Assembly: GCF_013177435.1 (NCBI RefSeq)
Contig: NZ_CP053627.1
Span: 2,700,001-2,732,000, forward strand
From: Xylella taiwanensis
GTDB taxonomy: Bacteria; Pseudomonadota; Gammaproteobacteria; Xanthomonadales; Xanthomonadaceae
Length of the DNA: 32,000 bases
Direction: 5' to 3'
Part shown: positions 1 to 8,359 of the stretch, in pieces
Numbering within the stretch: position 1 is the first letter of the stretch
Layout of the letters: the number at the start of each line of letters is the position of its first letter
Program-made: the position numbers and the translations under genes
The notes under the pieces: model-generated
Databases searched by the model: none
What the model saw: the letters and a program-made list of their open reading frames with translations, nothing else
Told to the model about the DNA's origin: nothing

Positions 1-1074
1 GGATGCGAACCGCCGCGTTGGCAGGCAACGGTTCCGGATGTGCGTGTATACGCATGTGCCCCAGACAGTGCAGCACTGCTGCACACATTAGGCGTATGGC
101 CAGCGGTGCGCGCGACACGTGCACCGGCATACCATCGCATGCGTATCTGGGACAGTGGGGGAGGGGGCGAATTGTGCTTCGACGCCGCCACACTGGGCCG
201 TGAACAACTCGGCTGGATCGTCGAGAACACCCTGCTGGTAAACCAACTGTGGGCCGGACTCGCTGAAGCAGGCGTACACCTGCATTGTCCGGCACGCATC
301 ACCGCCTTGGAACAAGACACCGATAGCGTGCGTTTACGCTTGGAGGATGGTCGTCGGCTCGAAGCACGCCTGGCCATCGCTGCCGACGGCGCCGATTCCA
401 CCTTGCGTCAATTGGCTCACCTGCCAGTACACCGACATGACTATGCACAGCAAGGTATCGTCGCCTTTGTCGCCACCGAATACCCACACGAAGCCACCGC
501 CTGGCAACGCTTCTTGCCGACCGGACCATTAGCATTCCTGCCATTTACTGATGAGCGCAGCTCAATCGTCTGGACGCTCCCCGATGCCGAAGCAGAACGC
601 GTCCTGGCACTGGACGAAACCGCATTCGCACGCGAACTGACCGCCGCATTCGGTGGGCGCCTTGGACAGGTAGAAGTGGTTTCGCCGCGAACGGCCTTCC
701 CACTGCGCCGGCAACTGGCCACCGACTACATCGCCGGCCGTGTCCTGACACTGGGCGACGCTGCGCACGTCGTGCATCCATTGGCTGGACAGGGCGTCAA
801 CCTCGGTTTGCGTGATGTCGCCGCGCTGCAGGCACTGATCCAGCAGGCGCAAACACGGCGTGCCGACTGGGCCGCACCACACCGGCTACAACGCTGGGCA
901 CGTCAGCGCCGTAGCGATAACACCCTCGCCGCCTATACTTTTGATGCGATTAACCGGGTGTTTTCAAACGACACCTTTCACCTGACCCTGCTGCGTGGCG
1001 CGGCACTGGGCTTGGTCGACCGTCTGCCACCGCTGGTCCACGCCCTGTGGCGTCGCGCTTCAGGAATGCAGTGA
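1..1074 (+). CDS. FAD-dependent monooxygenase, UbiH/UbiF/VisC/COQ6 ubiquinone-hydroxylase family; 5' end outside the window
   Basis: Frame 1 is open from nt 1 (GCEPPRWQATVPDVRVYA...) to TGA 1072-1074, so the track's GTG at 40 is internal. It carries the family signature blocks LAIAADGADS and GDAAHVVHPLAGQGVNLGLRDV. Confidence 0.85.
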   Translation, partial: GCEPPRWQATVPDVRVYACAPDSAALLHTLGVWPAVRATRAPAYHRMRIWDSGGGGELCFDAATLGREQLGWIVENTLLVNQLWAGLAEAGVHLHCPARITALEQDTDSVRLRLEDGRRLEARLAIAADGADSTLRQLAHLPVHRHDYAQQGIVAFVATEYPHEATAWQRFLPTGPLAFLPFTDERSSIVWTLPDAEAERVLALDETAFARELTAAFGGRLGQVEVVSPRTAFPLRRQLATDYIAGRVLTLGDAAHVVHPLAGQGVNLGLRDVAALQALIQQAQTRRADWAAPHRLQRWARQRRSDNTLAAYTFDAINRVFSNDTFHLTLLRGAALGLVDRLPPLVHALWRRASGMQ

Positions 1075-1194
1075 TCCCATCACCGCGACATGCATCCCCC
1101 AACGCTGCAGCGGGTGCGAGTGGCGCCCAATCACGTCTTCGCCACACATCGCGGATCGATACAGCCTGCCTCCTGATTCACCGCCGCTGTACCT

Positions 1195-1230
1195 GGGGTC
1201 GTCTCAAAAAACGGGGAAGTAAAGCACGCT
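1195..1230. repeat. Copy A of a short dispersed intergenic repeat
   Basis: GGGGTCGTCTCAAAAAACGGGGAAGTAAAGCACGCT, compared with copy B at 17464-17498. The first 12 nt and last 11 nt are identical, and about 30 of 36 positions match overall. Confidence 0.6.
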
Positions 1231-1257
1231 AAGCCAGAAACAGTGTCCGTCTCTTGC

Positions 1258-2157
1258 TCAGATGGCTTCCCGTATCCGTCTGATATCGCGATTGGGTGGC
1301 TCTCCAAATAGCCGCCTGTATTCCCGACTAAACTGCGACGCACTCTCATACCCTACGCGCACCGCCGCGCTGCCCGCATCCAGGTTTTCGTTGAGCATCA
1401 GTTGCCGCGCATCTCGCAAGCGCAGATTCTTCAAATACTGCAAGGGGCTCATGCCAACTACAACGCGGAAATGCTGCCGGAAAGTTGCCGGACTCATGTG
1501 GGCTTTGGTCGCCAAATCATCCATCGCTACGTCCTCCGTATAGTGCTGCTTCAACCAGGTGACTACCTTGGCAATTTGCCGACTCGGTGTGCCGACTGCG
1601 ACGAGACGGCGCAAATTCGGACCATGCTCACCATTCAGTAGACGGACAACTATCTCCTGCTGAATCAAAGGAGCAAGAAGAGGGATGAGCTGCGGTTCAG
1701 CCAGGAGGCGGATTAACCGGGTCAATGCGTCCTGCAGACCTTCATCCAACGTCACGACGGATATCGCTCGCGTCGTTGCAACCTGGAGCGGCGTTGCAAA
1801 CTCCATCTCGGCGACCATCTGCGCAATGACGCGAGCATCCAACTCCAGCCTCACGCCGAGGTAAGGTTCAGTGGAGCTGGCACGCGTGACATATGACACG
1901 ACGGGCAGATCTACGGTCGTGACGAGGGATTGTCCAGCCACATAGTCAAAGATCGCATCGCCCAACGTCACCCGTTTGTCGCCCTGCACCGCCAGTCCAA
2001 GGCCAAGACCGTAAATGCAGGGCATCGGATCGGTCGCGGAACTCCGCCGATAGAGCATAAGCGCTGGAATCAGCGTGCTGTAATCTCCATCGTTTTGTGC
2101 AATGTTTCCGACTAGGCAAGCAAGTTCACCAACGTTTGCCTGTGTATGGATTGCCAT
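1258..2157 (-). CDS. AraC/XylS-family transcriptional regulator with an AraC_N-type ligand domain
   Basis: The C-terminus has a double HTH (DLATKAHMSPATFRQHFRVVVGMSPLQYLKNLRLRDARQLML...VGYESASQFSREYRRLFGEPP). The track ORF begins at TTG 2268. ATG 2157 (MAIHTQANVGELA...) gives ~299 aa and the usual ~25 residues before the T.IP.L motif. The start is uncertain (2157, 2256 or 2268). Confidence 0.85.
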   Translation of the reverse strand: MAIHTQANVGELACLVGNIAQNDGDYSTLIPALMLYRRSSATDPMPCIYGLGLGLAVQGDKRVTLGDAIFDYVAGQSLVTTVDLPVVSYVTRASSTEPYLGVRLELDARVIAQMVAEMEFATPLQVATTRAISVVTLDEGLQDALTRLIRLLAEPQLIPLLAPLIQQEIVVRLLNGEHGPNLRRLVAVGTPSRQIAKVVTWLKQHYTEDVAMDDLATKAHMSPATFRQHFRVVVGMSPLQYLKNLRLRDARQLMLNENLDAGSAAVRVGYESASQFSREYRRLFGEPPNRDIRRIREAI

Positions 2158-2357
2158 TCCATTTCTACGTAAAAATAGTGTGCTTGGCGGTAGTTTGCGA
2201 AGCTGAAGCTCCGCATTACCAGATAACGATCTATTCCTAATTCGATTGTAGTTCATCGAATTAGGCAAGAATTAAACCAGTTTTGGCAAACGCTCCCGGG
2301 GGCTTCGAAGCCACACTACTTGTCATCGGAGCATGCACAACTCGCCAAGGAGCGAAG

Positions 2358-2960
2358 ATGAAAAACTTACTGCTGATTAACGCCCACCAATTGTACGAAA
2401 CCATTTCTCCAGGCAGGCTGAACCGCAGCCTGGCCGGCATCATCAAGGAAGACATGGAGAAACGCGGCTACAAGGTGCGGCAAACCGATATCGAGTCCGG
2501 CTACGACACGGATACCGAGGTACAGAACCACGTTTGGGCCGACCTCATCATCCTGCAAGCGCCCGTATTCTGGTTCGGGGCACCGTGGATTTACAAGAAA
2601 TACGTTGACGAAGTTTTCTCGGCTGGCTTGTCCCAGAAACGCTTGCTGACTGGTGACGGCAGAACACGGGAAAACCCGAGCAAGCAGTACGGCACGGGTG
2701 GTCTGATGCAGGGCAAGAAATACATGCTGTCCCTGACCTGGAATGCCCCCAGGGAGGCATTTGATGACAAGGATCAGGTCTTGTTTACAGGTAAGACGGT
2801 GGATGACGTGTTTGTCGCCAATACCGCCAACTACACATTTTGTGGGGCGGAAATCCTGCCCTCGTTTTCCTGCTACGACGTGATGAAAGCCCCCGACATT
2901 GAAAGCGATATTGCGCGGCTTCGTGAGCATCTAGCTGCGATTTCTGGATGCACCCCGTAA
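2358..2960 (+). CDS. mdaB: NAD(P)H:quinone oxidoreductase, flavodoxin-like fold (MdaB type)
   Basis: The 200-aa product is near-colinear with my recollection of E. coli MdaB (LLINAH, VQNHVWADLIILQAPVFWFGAPW.YKKYVDEVF, DGRTRENPSKQYGTGGLMQGKKYMLSLTWNAP.EAF). AAGGAG lies at 2347-2352, 5 nt before ATG 2358. The track start at 2283 is an upstream extension. Confidence 0.9.
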   Translation: MKNLLLINAHQLYETISPGRLNRSLAGIIKEDMEKRGYKVRQTDIESGYDTDTEVQNHVWADLIILQAPVFWFGAPWIYKKYVDEVFSAGLSQKRLLTGDGRTRENPSKQYGTGGLMQGKKYMLSLTWNAPREAFDDKDQVLFTGKTVDDVFVANTANYTFCGAEILPSFSCYDVMKAPDIESDIARLREHLAAISGCTP

Positions 2961-2983
2961 CTCCAACCCCAAGGAGAATGGAT

Positions 2984-3064
2984 ATGAACACATGTTTGAT
3001 TCGTGCTGCGATCGTGGTGACTCTGGGACCCGCGGCGGCTTGCCACGCGCAAGCTCAGCACTAG
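2984..3064 (+). pseudogene. 26-codon ORF encoding only a signal-peptide-like sequence, ended by TAG; probable 5' remnant of a decayed secreted-protein gene
   Basis: AAGGAG at 2971-2976 sits 7 nt before ATG 2984. The translation is MNTCLIRAAIVVTLGPAAACHAQAQH*, a hydrophobic core followed by an A-x-A-like site. Downstream sequence to ~3355 has short open stretches in shifting frames. Confidence 0.3.
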
Positions 3065-3355
3065 TCGTCGGCGGCACAGCCGCAGGTGACATGATGGTCA
3101 CCTACGCCATCAAAGACCCACGTTGGTGCAGCTTCGATTTTTGACAAAAGAATCCAATGCCGCGCCGTTGGATGCCGCCGCCGCCATGAATACCCATCTC
3201 GATTTGCTGTGATCCAGATGGCAGCGAGTGACACCACTGTAGTGCAGCCCGAAGTCGCCACTGAAAATCCCTTTGGTTACACCCCACACACCTACGAACA
3301 CCCGTTTGACTCATCAAGAAAATACGTGGATCTCAAACAGCGTATTGAAACCCAC

Positions 3356-4333
3356 TCAATTGGTGATGGTCTGCGTCAGCGATTCCCAGGTAGGGGGCGA
3401 CGGCCAGTCAGGCTCCTGATGACCATTGAGTACACGACGCAGATCCCGCTTGTCGATCTGCGGTGCAAGCACGTGCACCAACTCCAACACGTAGTCACGC
3501 AATACGCGATTGCGCGGCAGCACAGCCCAAGCGATGCATTCAGGAACCGGTGCCAGCCAAGTGCGCAAATCAGTGTCGACCGCATTGACCGCCATCTCCG
3601 CGAGAATGCCCACACCTAGGCCGGTACGGACATAGGTCTTGATCAAGTCAGCATCGAGTGCTGTCAACACAATGCGCGGCTCCAACCCGAGACTGGCAAA
3701 AGCACGTTGCAGTGAAGATGCTGGCCGGGTTGAAGATTCGTAACTGACCAACGGATATTCAGCTAGCGCCGCTACATCTGGGGTGCTGCCTAGTGTGTCC
3801 AAAGGATGACCACGCGGCACAATCACCAAGCGCCGCCATCGATACAGCGGTACCGCAAGACCTGCCGCAGGTTCACTGCCAGCCGTACTCATTACTGCAA
3901 TATCGCCCCCTCCCGGGCCAAGTGCATCCAGCACATCGCTCTCAGCCACCTGCTGCAAATGCACACTGACCTGCGGATAAGTCTGCTTGATCAGCGCCAC
4001 AGCAGGCGGCAGCACGAACCGCGCTTGAGTGTGGGTGGTGCTCAAAGTCAATTGCCCCTGGTGCTCACGGCGCTGATTCGCCGCATAGGTACGGATGTTG
4101 TTCACTTCGACCAACATCGCCCGCGCGCGCTCAATCACCTCCTCCCCGGCAGGTGTCACCGCTTCCAAACTGCGCCCCCGGCGCACAAACAGGAGGAAGC
4201 CGAGCTCGTCCTCCAGCTTTTTCAGTTGCTTGGACAAGCCCGGCTGAGTGGCATGTACACGCGCAGCGGCAAGCGTAATATTGAGATCAGCATCGGCAAT
4301 GGCTACGAGGTAGCGAAGTTGAGTCAACGTCAT
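3356..4333 (-). CDS. cysB: LysR-family regulator, CysB/Cbl type
   Basis: The N-terminus MTLTQLRYLVAIADADLNITLAAARVHATQPGLSKQLKKLEDELGFLLFVRRGRSLEAVTPAGEEVI parallels E. coli CysB ([45 protein letters not shown]...). It is 325 aa and divergent from cysG-cysK. ATG 4333 is preferred over the track start at 4375. Confidence 0.85.
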   Translation of the reverse strand: MTLTQLRYLVAIADADLNITLAAARVHATQPGLSKQLKKLEDELGFLLFVRRGRSLEAVTPAGEEVIERARAMLVEVNNIRTYAANQRREHQGQLTLSTTHTQARFVLPPAVALIKQTYPQVSVHLQQVAESDVLDALGPGGGDIAVMSTAGSEPAAGLAVPLYRWRRLVIVPRGHPLDTLGSTPDVAALAEYPLVSYESSTRPASSLQRAFASLGLEPRIVLTALDADLIKTYVRTGLGVGILAEMAVNAVDTDLRTWLAPVPECIAWAVLPRNRVLRDYVLELVHVLAPQIDKRDLRRVLNGHQEPDWPSPPTWESLTQTITN

Positions 4334-4391
4334 GGCAGGCCGGTGATGGCGAAAGCAAGAACGACTGTAGATCACTTCCGTTAAGAACTTA

Positions 4392-4406
4392 ATAACTAAC
4401 GGCTAT
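4392..4406. promoter_or_regulatory. Candidate LysR-type T-N11-A box in the cysB/cysG divergent intergenic region
   Basis: ATAACTAACGGCTAT is an imperfect dyad ATAAC-N5-GCTAT that fits T-N11-A. It lies in an AT-rich patch ~60 bp upstream of the cysB ATG and ~80 bp upstream of the cysG GTG. This is a pattern match only. Confidence 0.2.
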
Positions 4407-4484
4407 TTTCCAAATGCACGAAGTCATTTCCTGGGAATATCAGTCAGACGCTACGGTCATGGCTCCCGATCTCAGCTCACTCTA

Positions 4485-5915
4485 GTGACCGCCAGCGCTC
4501 TGTTCCCTCTATTCGTCAACCTGCACGACCGGGCCGTGTTGGTGGTCGGCGGCGGTAAGGTGGCCGAACGCAAGACCGAGGCACTGCTGAAGGTGGGTGC
4601 CTTACCGATCATCGGCGCACCACGTTTGACGGCATCTTTGCATCGCTGGACCGAAGCCGGTCGTATCACTTGGTGGCAGGGGACATTTGAAGACACCTGG
4701 CTGAAAGAAGACATCTGGCTGGTCATCGCCGCCACCGATCAACCCGAGGTGAACCACGCCGTGGCACGCGCGGCGCACGCACAGCGGCTGTTCATCAATG
4801 TAGTGGACGATATCGCGCTCTCCAACGTTCAAGTCCCAGCGGTGATCGAGCGCGGTCCGTTGCGGATCGCGATTTCCAGCGGTGGTGGCGCACCGATGGT
4901 GGCACGTCATCTGCGACAGCAACTCGAAAGCCTGATTGACGATAGCTGGGGTCGACTGACCACACTGTTCACGCAACGCCGTGACAAGATCCGTGCCCGC
5001 TATCCAAACACGGGAGCACGCCGCCGCTTCTTTGAAACCCAACTGGCCGGTCCACTCCCACGACTGCTACGCAAGCAACACCACGCAGCAGCCGAAGCAA
5101 CACTCGACGCAGCACTGGCCGAGACGCCCCGCCCCGTGTCCGGCACCGTGACCCTGGTGGGCGCCGGTGCCGGCGATGCCGGCCTACTGACCTTGAATGC
5201 GCTGCGCGCCCTGAATGAAGCCGACGTGATCCTCTACGACCGGCTGGTCAGCGACACCGTGCTGCAGATGGCACGGCGCGATGCTGAGCAGATCGAGGTG
5301 GGCAAATCTGCAACTGGCCACAGTGTGCGCCAAGAAGACATTCACGCGCTGATGCTGGAGCACGCCCGTGCCGGCCAACACGTAGTACGGCTGAAAGGCG
5401 GTGATCCATTCGTGTTCGGTCGCGGCGGGGAGGAGCTAGAGTTCTTACGCACCCACAGCATCCCCTATGAAGTCGTCCCCGGGATCACCGCTGCTCTGGC
5501 CTGTGCCGCCTATGCCGGTATCCCGTTAACTCACCGCGACCATGCTCAGTCATTGCGTCTAGTCACCGCCCATTGCCAATCCTCACTGGACACCCTGGAC
5601 TGGGCCGTGCTGGCACAGGAACGCCAAACTCTGGCGTTCTACATGGGCGTAGCGGGACTGAACACCATTCAGCAGCGCCTGCGTGAGGCCGGACGGGCCG
5701 ATTCGACTCCTTTTGCATTGATCGAAAACGGTGCACGTGCACAACAGCGGGTGCTCACCGGAACGCTGGAAACACTGGCACACACCGCGCAGATATACGC
5801 GGTACACCCCCCCGCACTGCTGATCCTCGGTGAAGTGACCGCGTTCGCCGCACAACTGCATTGGTTCGGTACCGCACCATTATCTGCCCCGTTGCTGCAC
5901 TCATCCTGCAACTAG
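4485..5915 (+). CDS. cysG: Siroheme synthase (precorrin-2 dehydrogenase/ferrochelatase fused to uroporphyrinogen-III C-methyltransferase)
   Basis: 476 aa. The N-terminal Rossmann block [25 protein letters not shown] resembles E. coli CysG ([24 protein letters not shown]). The C-terminal SUMT motifs are [15 protein letters not shown] and [18 protein letters not shown] 4485 is the only in-frame start after an upstream TAG. Confidence 0.92.
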   Translation: MTASALFPLFVNLHDRAVLVVGGGKVAERKTEALLKVGALPIIGAPRLTASLHRWTEAGRITWWQGTFEDTWLKEDIWLVIAATDQPEVNHAVARAAHAQRLFINVVDDIALSNVQVPAVIERGPLRIAISSGGGAPMVARHLRQQLESLIDDSWGRLTTLFTQRRDKIRARYPNTGARRRFFETQLAGPLPRLLRKQHHAAAEATLDAALAETPRPVSGTVTLVGAGAGDAGLLTLNALRALNEADVILYDRLVSDTVLQMARRDAEQIEVGKSATGHSVRQEDIHALMLEHARAGQHVVRLKGGDPFVFGRGGEELEFLRTHSIPYEVVPGITAALACAAYAGIPLTHRDHAQSLRLVTAHCQSSLDTLDWAVLAQERQTLAFYMGVAGLNTIQQRLREAGRADSTPFALIENGARAQQRVLTGTLETLAHTAQIYAVHPPALLILGEVTAFAAQLHWFGTAPLSAPLLHSSCN

Positions 5916-5974
5916 ATATCCGAGACACCCGCATAATCAGTGCATCTCCCTCGATCACCTCCACAGAGACCTTC

Positions 5975-6934
5975 ATGACTATCTACAACACCATCCTGGA
6001 CACCATCGGCCACACGCCCGTGGTGAAACTGCACCGCATCGCTCCGGAGCACGTGGACCTGTACGTCAAGGTTGAATCATTCAATCCAAGCGGCTCGGTC
6101 AAAGACCGCTTAGCACTGGCCATTATTCTCGACGCCGAACAACGCGGCTTGCTGAAACCCGGCGACACCATCGTTGAAGCGACGTCGGGCAATACCGGCA
6201 TCGCCCTGGCCATGATCGCCGCCGCGCGCGGCTACACGTTCGTCGCCACCATGGTTGAAACCTTTTCGATCGAGCGGCGCAAACTGATGCGCGCCTATGG
6301 TGCCAAAGTGATCCTCACTCCGGCCGCCGAACGCGGCAGCGGCATGGTACGTAAGGCCAAGGAACTCGCCGAGCAGCACGGCTGGTTTCTGGCCAGCCAG
6401 TTCTCCACTCCAGCCAACGCGGCCTACCACCGCAACACCACCGCCGCCGAGATCCTGCGTGACTTTGCTGGGCGCCGTCTGGACCATTTCGTGAGCGGCT
6501 GGGGCACCGGCGGCACGCTCACCGGGGTCGGCGAAGTGCTGAAAATCGCTCGCCCGGACGTCAACATCACGGCTAGCGAACCCGCCAGCGCAGCACTGCT
6601 ACAAGGCAAAGACTGGCAACCGCACAAGATTCAGGGATGGACGCCCGACTTCGTACCAGAGGTGCTGAATCGTTCCGTTCCGCACCAAGTCCTCAGTGTC
6701 ACTGACGACAATGCCATCGCTGTTGCACGTCGTCTAGCTGCTGAGGAAGGTATTTTCACAGGGATCTCCGGCGGTGCCACCGTCGCCACTGCACTTCAGA
6801 TCGCCGAGTCTGCCGAACCGGGTGCCGTGATCCTCGCGATGCTGCCAGATACCGGTGAACGTTACTTCTCCACCCCTCTGTTTGCTGATATCAACGAGCA
6901 CTCAGACGACGAATGGCTAGCAAGTCTCGGCTGA
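5975..6934 (+). CDS. cysK: Cysteine synthase A (O-acetylserine sulfhydrylase), PLP-dependent
   Basis: 319 aa from ATG 5975 (MTIYNTILDTIGHTPVVKL...). It has the PLP-lysine block NPSGSVKDR, plus TSGNTGIALA and GWGTGGTLTG, and is colinear with E. coli CysK. The track start at 5861 is an unlikely 38-aa extension. Confidence 0.9.
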   Translation: MTIYNTILDTIGHTPVVKLHRIAPEHVDLYVKVESFNPSGSVKDRLALAIILDAEQRGLLKPGDTIVEATSGNTGIALAMIAAARGYTFVATMVETFSIERRKLMRAYGAKVILTPAAERGSGMVRKAKELAEQHGWFLASQFSTPANAAYHRNTTAAEILRDFAGRRLDHFVSGWGTGGTLTGVGEVLKIARPDVNITASEPASAALLQGKDWQPHKIQGWTPDFVPEVLNRSVPHQVLSVTDDNAIAVARRLAAEEGIFTGISGGATVATALQIAESAEPGAVILAMLPDTGERYFSTPLFADINEHSDDEWLASLG

Positions 6935-7047
6935 AGACACCAACATTTTTCTGACCTGTCACATGCGGCAGCGCTTCACGGCCACCGCGCTGCCCATCAT
7001 AAATAAAGGCGGACATGTCACTTGGACTCCGAATCGATGATCACCAC

Positions 7048-7371
7048 TCAAGCCAGCCTAGATGCTGCAGTCACACCAAGAACACAGCAGGATGCATGAA
7101 AGAGGTGGTTGCGCTGTCGCGGTACACGCCCGTCAGGACGTTCCTCCGGATACGTGCCCACCGTGGTTGGTGCAGCGCCGTTGTCGCTGCGGCCGCAACC
7201 GCTGCCAACATTGGCACTACCACACGCCCCACGGATGACGTTGGTCGTACATATCGGCAGTGCCAGCGCCTGGCTGCTGTACTTGCCGATACTCGCACGC
7301 AAACGGAAACCACCCTCATCTCTGGCAGCCCACCGGCACATCTGGCGCAGAGCGGTCCGTATTGCCATCAC
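7048..7371 (-). CDS. Hypothetical 107-codon ORF (Cys/Gly-rich) in a compositionally coding-like island; may be a real small gene or a young pseudogene
   Basis: 7141-7200 counts A6 C22 G19 T13, with balanced G and C, unlike the A+C-skewed spacer around it. In this frame about 37% of codons start with G. There is no convincing SD. A 22-nt palindrome (7381-7402) sits 10 nt upstream. I recognise no homolog. Confidence 0.2.
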   Translation of the reverse strand: MMAIRTALRQMCRWAARDEGGFRLRASIGKYSSQALALPICTTNVIRGACGSANVGSGCGRSDNGAAPTTVGTYPEERPDGRVPRQRNHLFHASCCVLGVTAASRLA

Positions 7372-7380
7372 GCAACCCGT

Positions 7381-7402
7381 TGAGGATCAGGGCTGATCCT
7401 CA
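7381..7402. other. Near-perfect 22-nt palindrome / stem-loop
   Basis: TGAGGATCAG GG CTGATCCTCA has 10-nt arms, giving an effective 9-bp stem with a 4-nt loop. There is no flanking T-run on either strand. Confidence 0.5.
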
Positions 7403-8337
7403 GCCAAACCGACATCACCGTACAAGTCTCTGCCACCTGCTGTCGCCAGTCGCGTTGGCGGTTTTGCAATACATGCTCATCTCAGTAAAGGAAACCCGTG
7501 TGCGGACCACATGCGGCAACGTCTGCTTGAATCACTGCGCTGTATACGCCGCAAGGCGGTAGCACCGCGTCACCTCAAGAAGGACGCGTCGTAGCACATA
7601 GCACTTGAACCCTTGTGCAGCTGACTGAAGCGACGCTTGTCACAATGGGAAAAAATGGTTGCAGTAAACCGCACCGCCTGCCCAACATGCACTACACGCA
7701 GCATGCCAATATGGCTCAACGGCACAGCACTTCTGCAAAAGAAACACCACCAAAGCGACCGTAAGCACCATCGCATACCTCCGCAACGCAAGCCAATTCA
7801 GTACCAGTAAGAGCGTGCAAGCCACGCACCCCCGGACACCTATTGCAGCTGCCCCAACACAAACGACTGGAAATAGATTCAACACGAGCATCACACCCCC
7901 GGAAGCATATATCCGGTGCATCGCGTCCCAGCGCCCAACCACAAGATGTTGCTTATTATTTGGTCCGTCTTGTACAGCAACGGACATCACACGCCGGCAC
8001 GCTCACCCACTCAAGATCGACAGCCACATCACCCACCAAAGCGATGCAAGTATCAGCAACCGTCCATGTACGTACAGTCATGTACTGCATCAAACCGCAT
8101 CCAGCGCCATACAGGACACCGCTGCTGCATCACAGACTGCATGACCCGATACATCATGCTAATCAGCCGCAAAGCAACACTATTTTCTAAGGTTTCCCCG
8201 CAAGTGCCACGCCGCAGCGTCACCTGAAGCGTCACGCACCCCACCCACGATGACGTTCGCGAGCAAGCCACCGACCAATCGCTGCGCCATCTAAACACCG
8301 AAGGCACCGGCATCGCAGCCAGCGCCTTCGCCACAAT

Positions 8338-8358
8338 GACCAGACCAGACCAGACCAG
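8338..8358. repeat. Pentanucleotide microsatellite (GACCA)x4.2
   Basis: gacca gacca gacca gacca g, ending 1 nt before the fba stop codon (8360-8362 on the minus strand). Confidence 0.9.
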
Positions 8359-8359
8359 C

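Noticed and set aside
2367-2930. Long antisense or overlapping ORFs inside supported genes (also 3806-4384, 4602-5042, 15389-15895, 20187-20606, 24436-24927, 26055-26600, 29364-30068)
   Set aside because: Each lies wholly within a gene that has clear family signatures on the other strand or frame. Their products are low-complexity (Arg/Ala/Gly/Pro-rich) with no recognisable motifs, which is typical of shadow ORFs.
5861-5974. N-terminal extensions implied by ORF-track starts (2283, 4375, 5861, 9424, 13575, 15437, 30621, 2268)
   Set aside because: These use GTG or TTG, or upstream ATGs, and add residues absent from well-known homologs. Internal ATGs reproduce the canonical N-termini (MdaB, CysB, CysK, aldolase, Pgk, GluRS) and usually have a better SD.
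6967-6994. Possible terminator after cysK (GGCAGCGC-N12-GCGCTGCC) and a similar weak stem after fba (8299-8330)
   Set aside because: The stems are 7-8 bp with 12-18-nt loops and lack a proper U-tract, so they are too weak to annotate.
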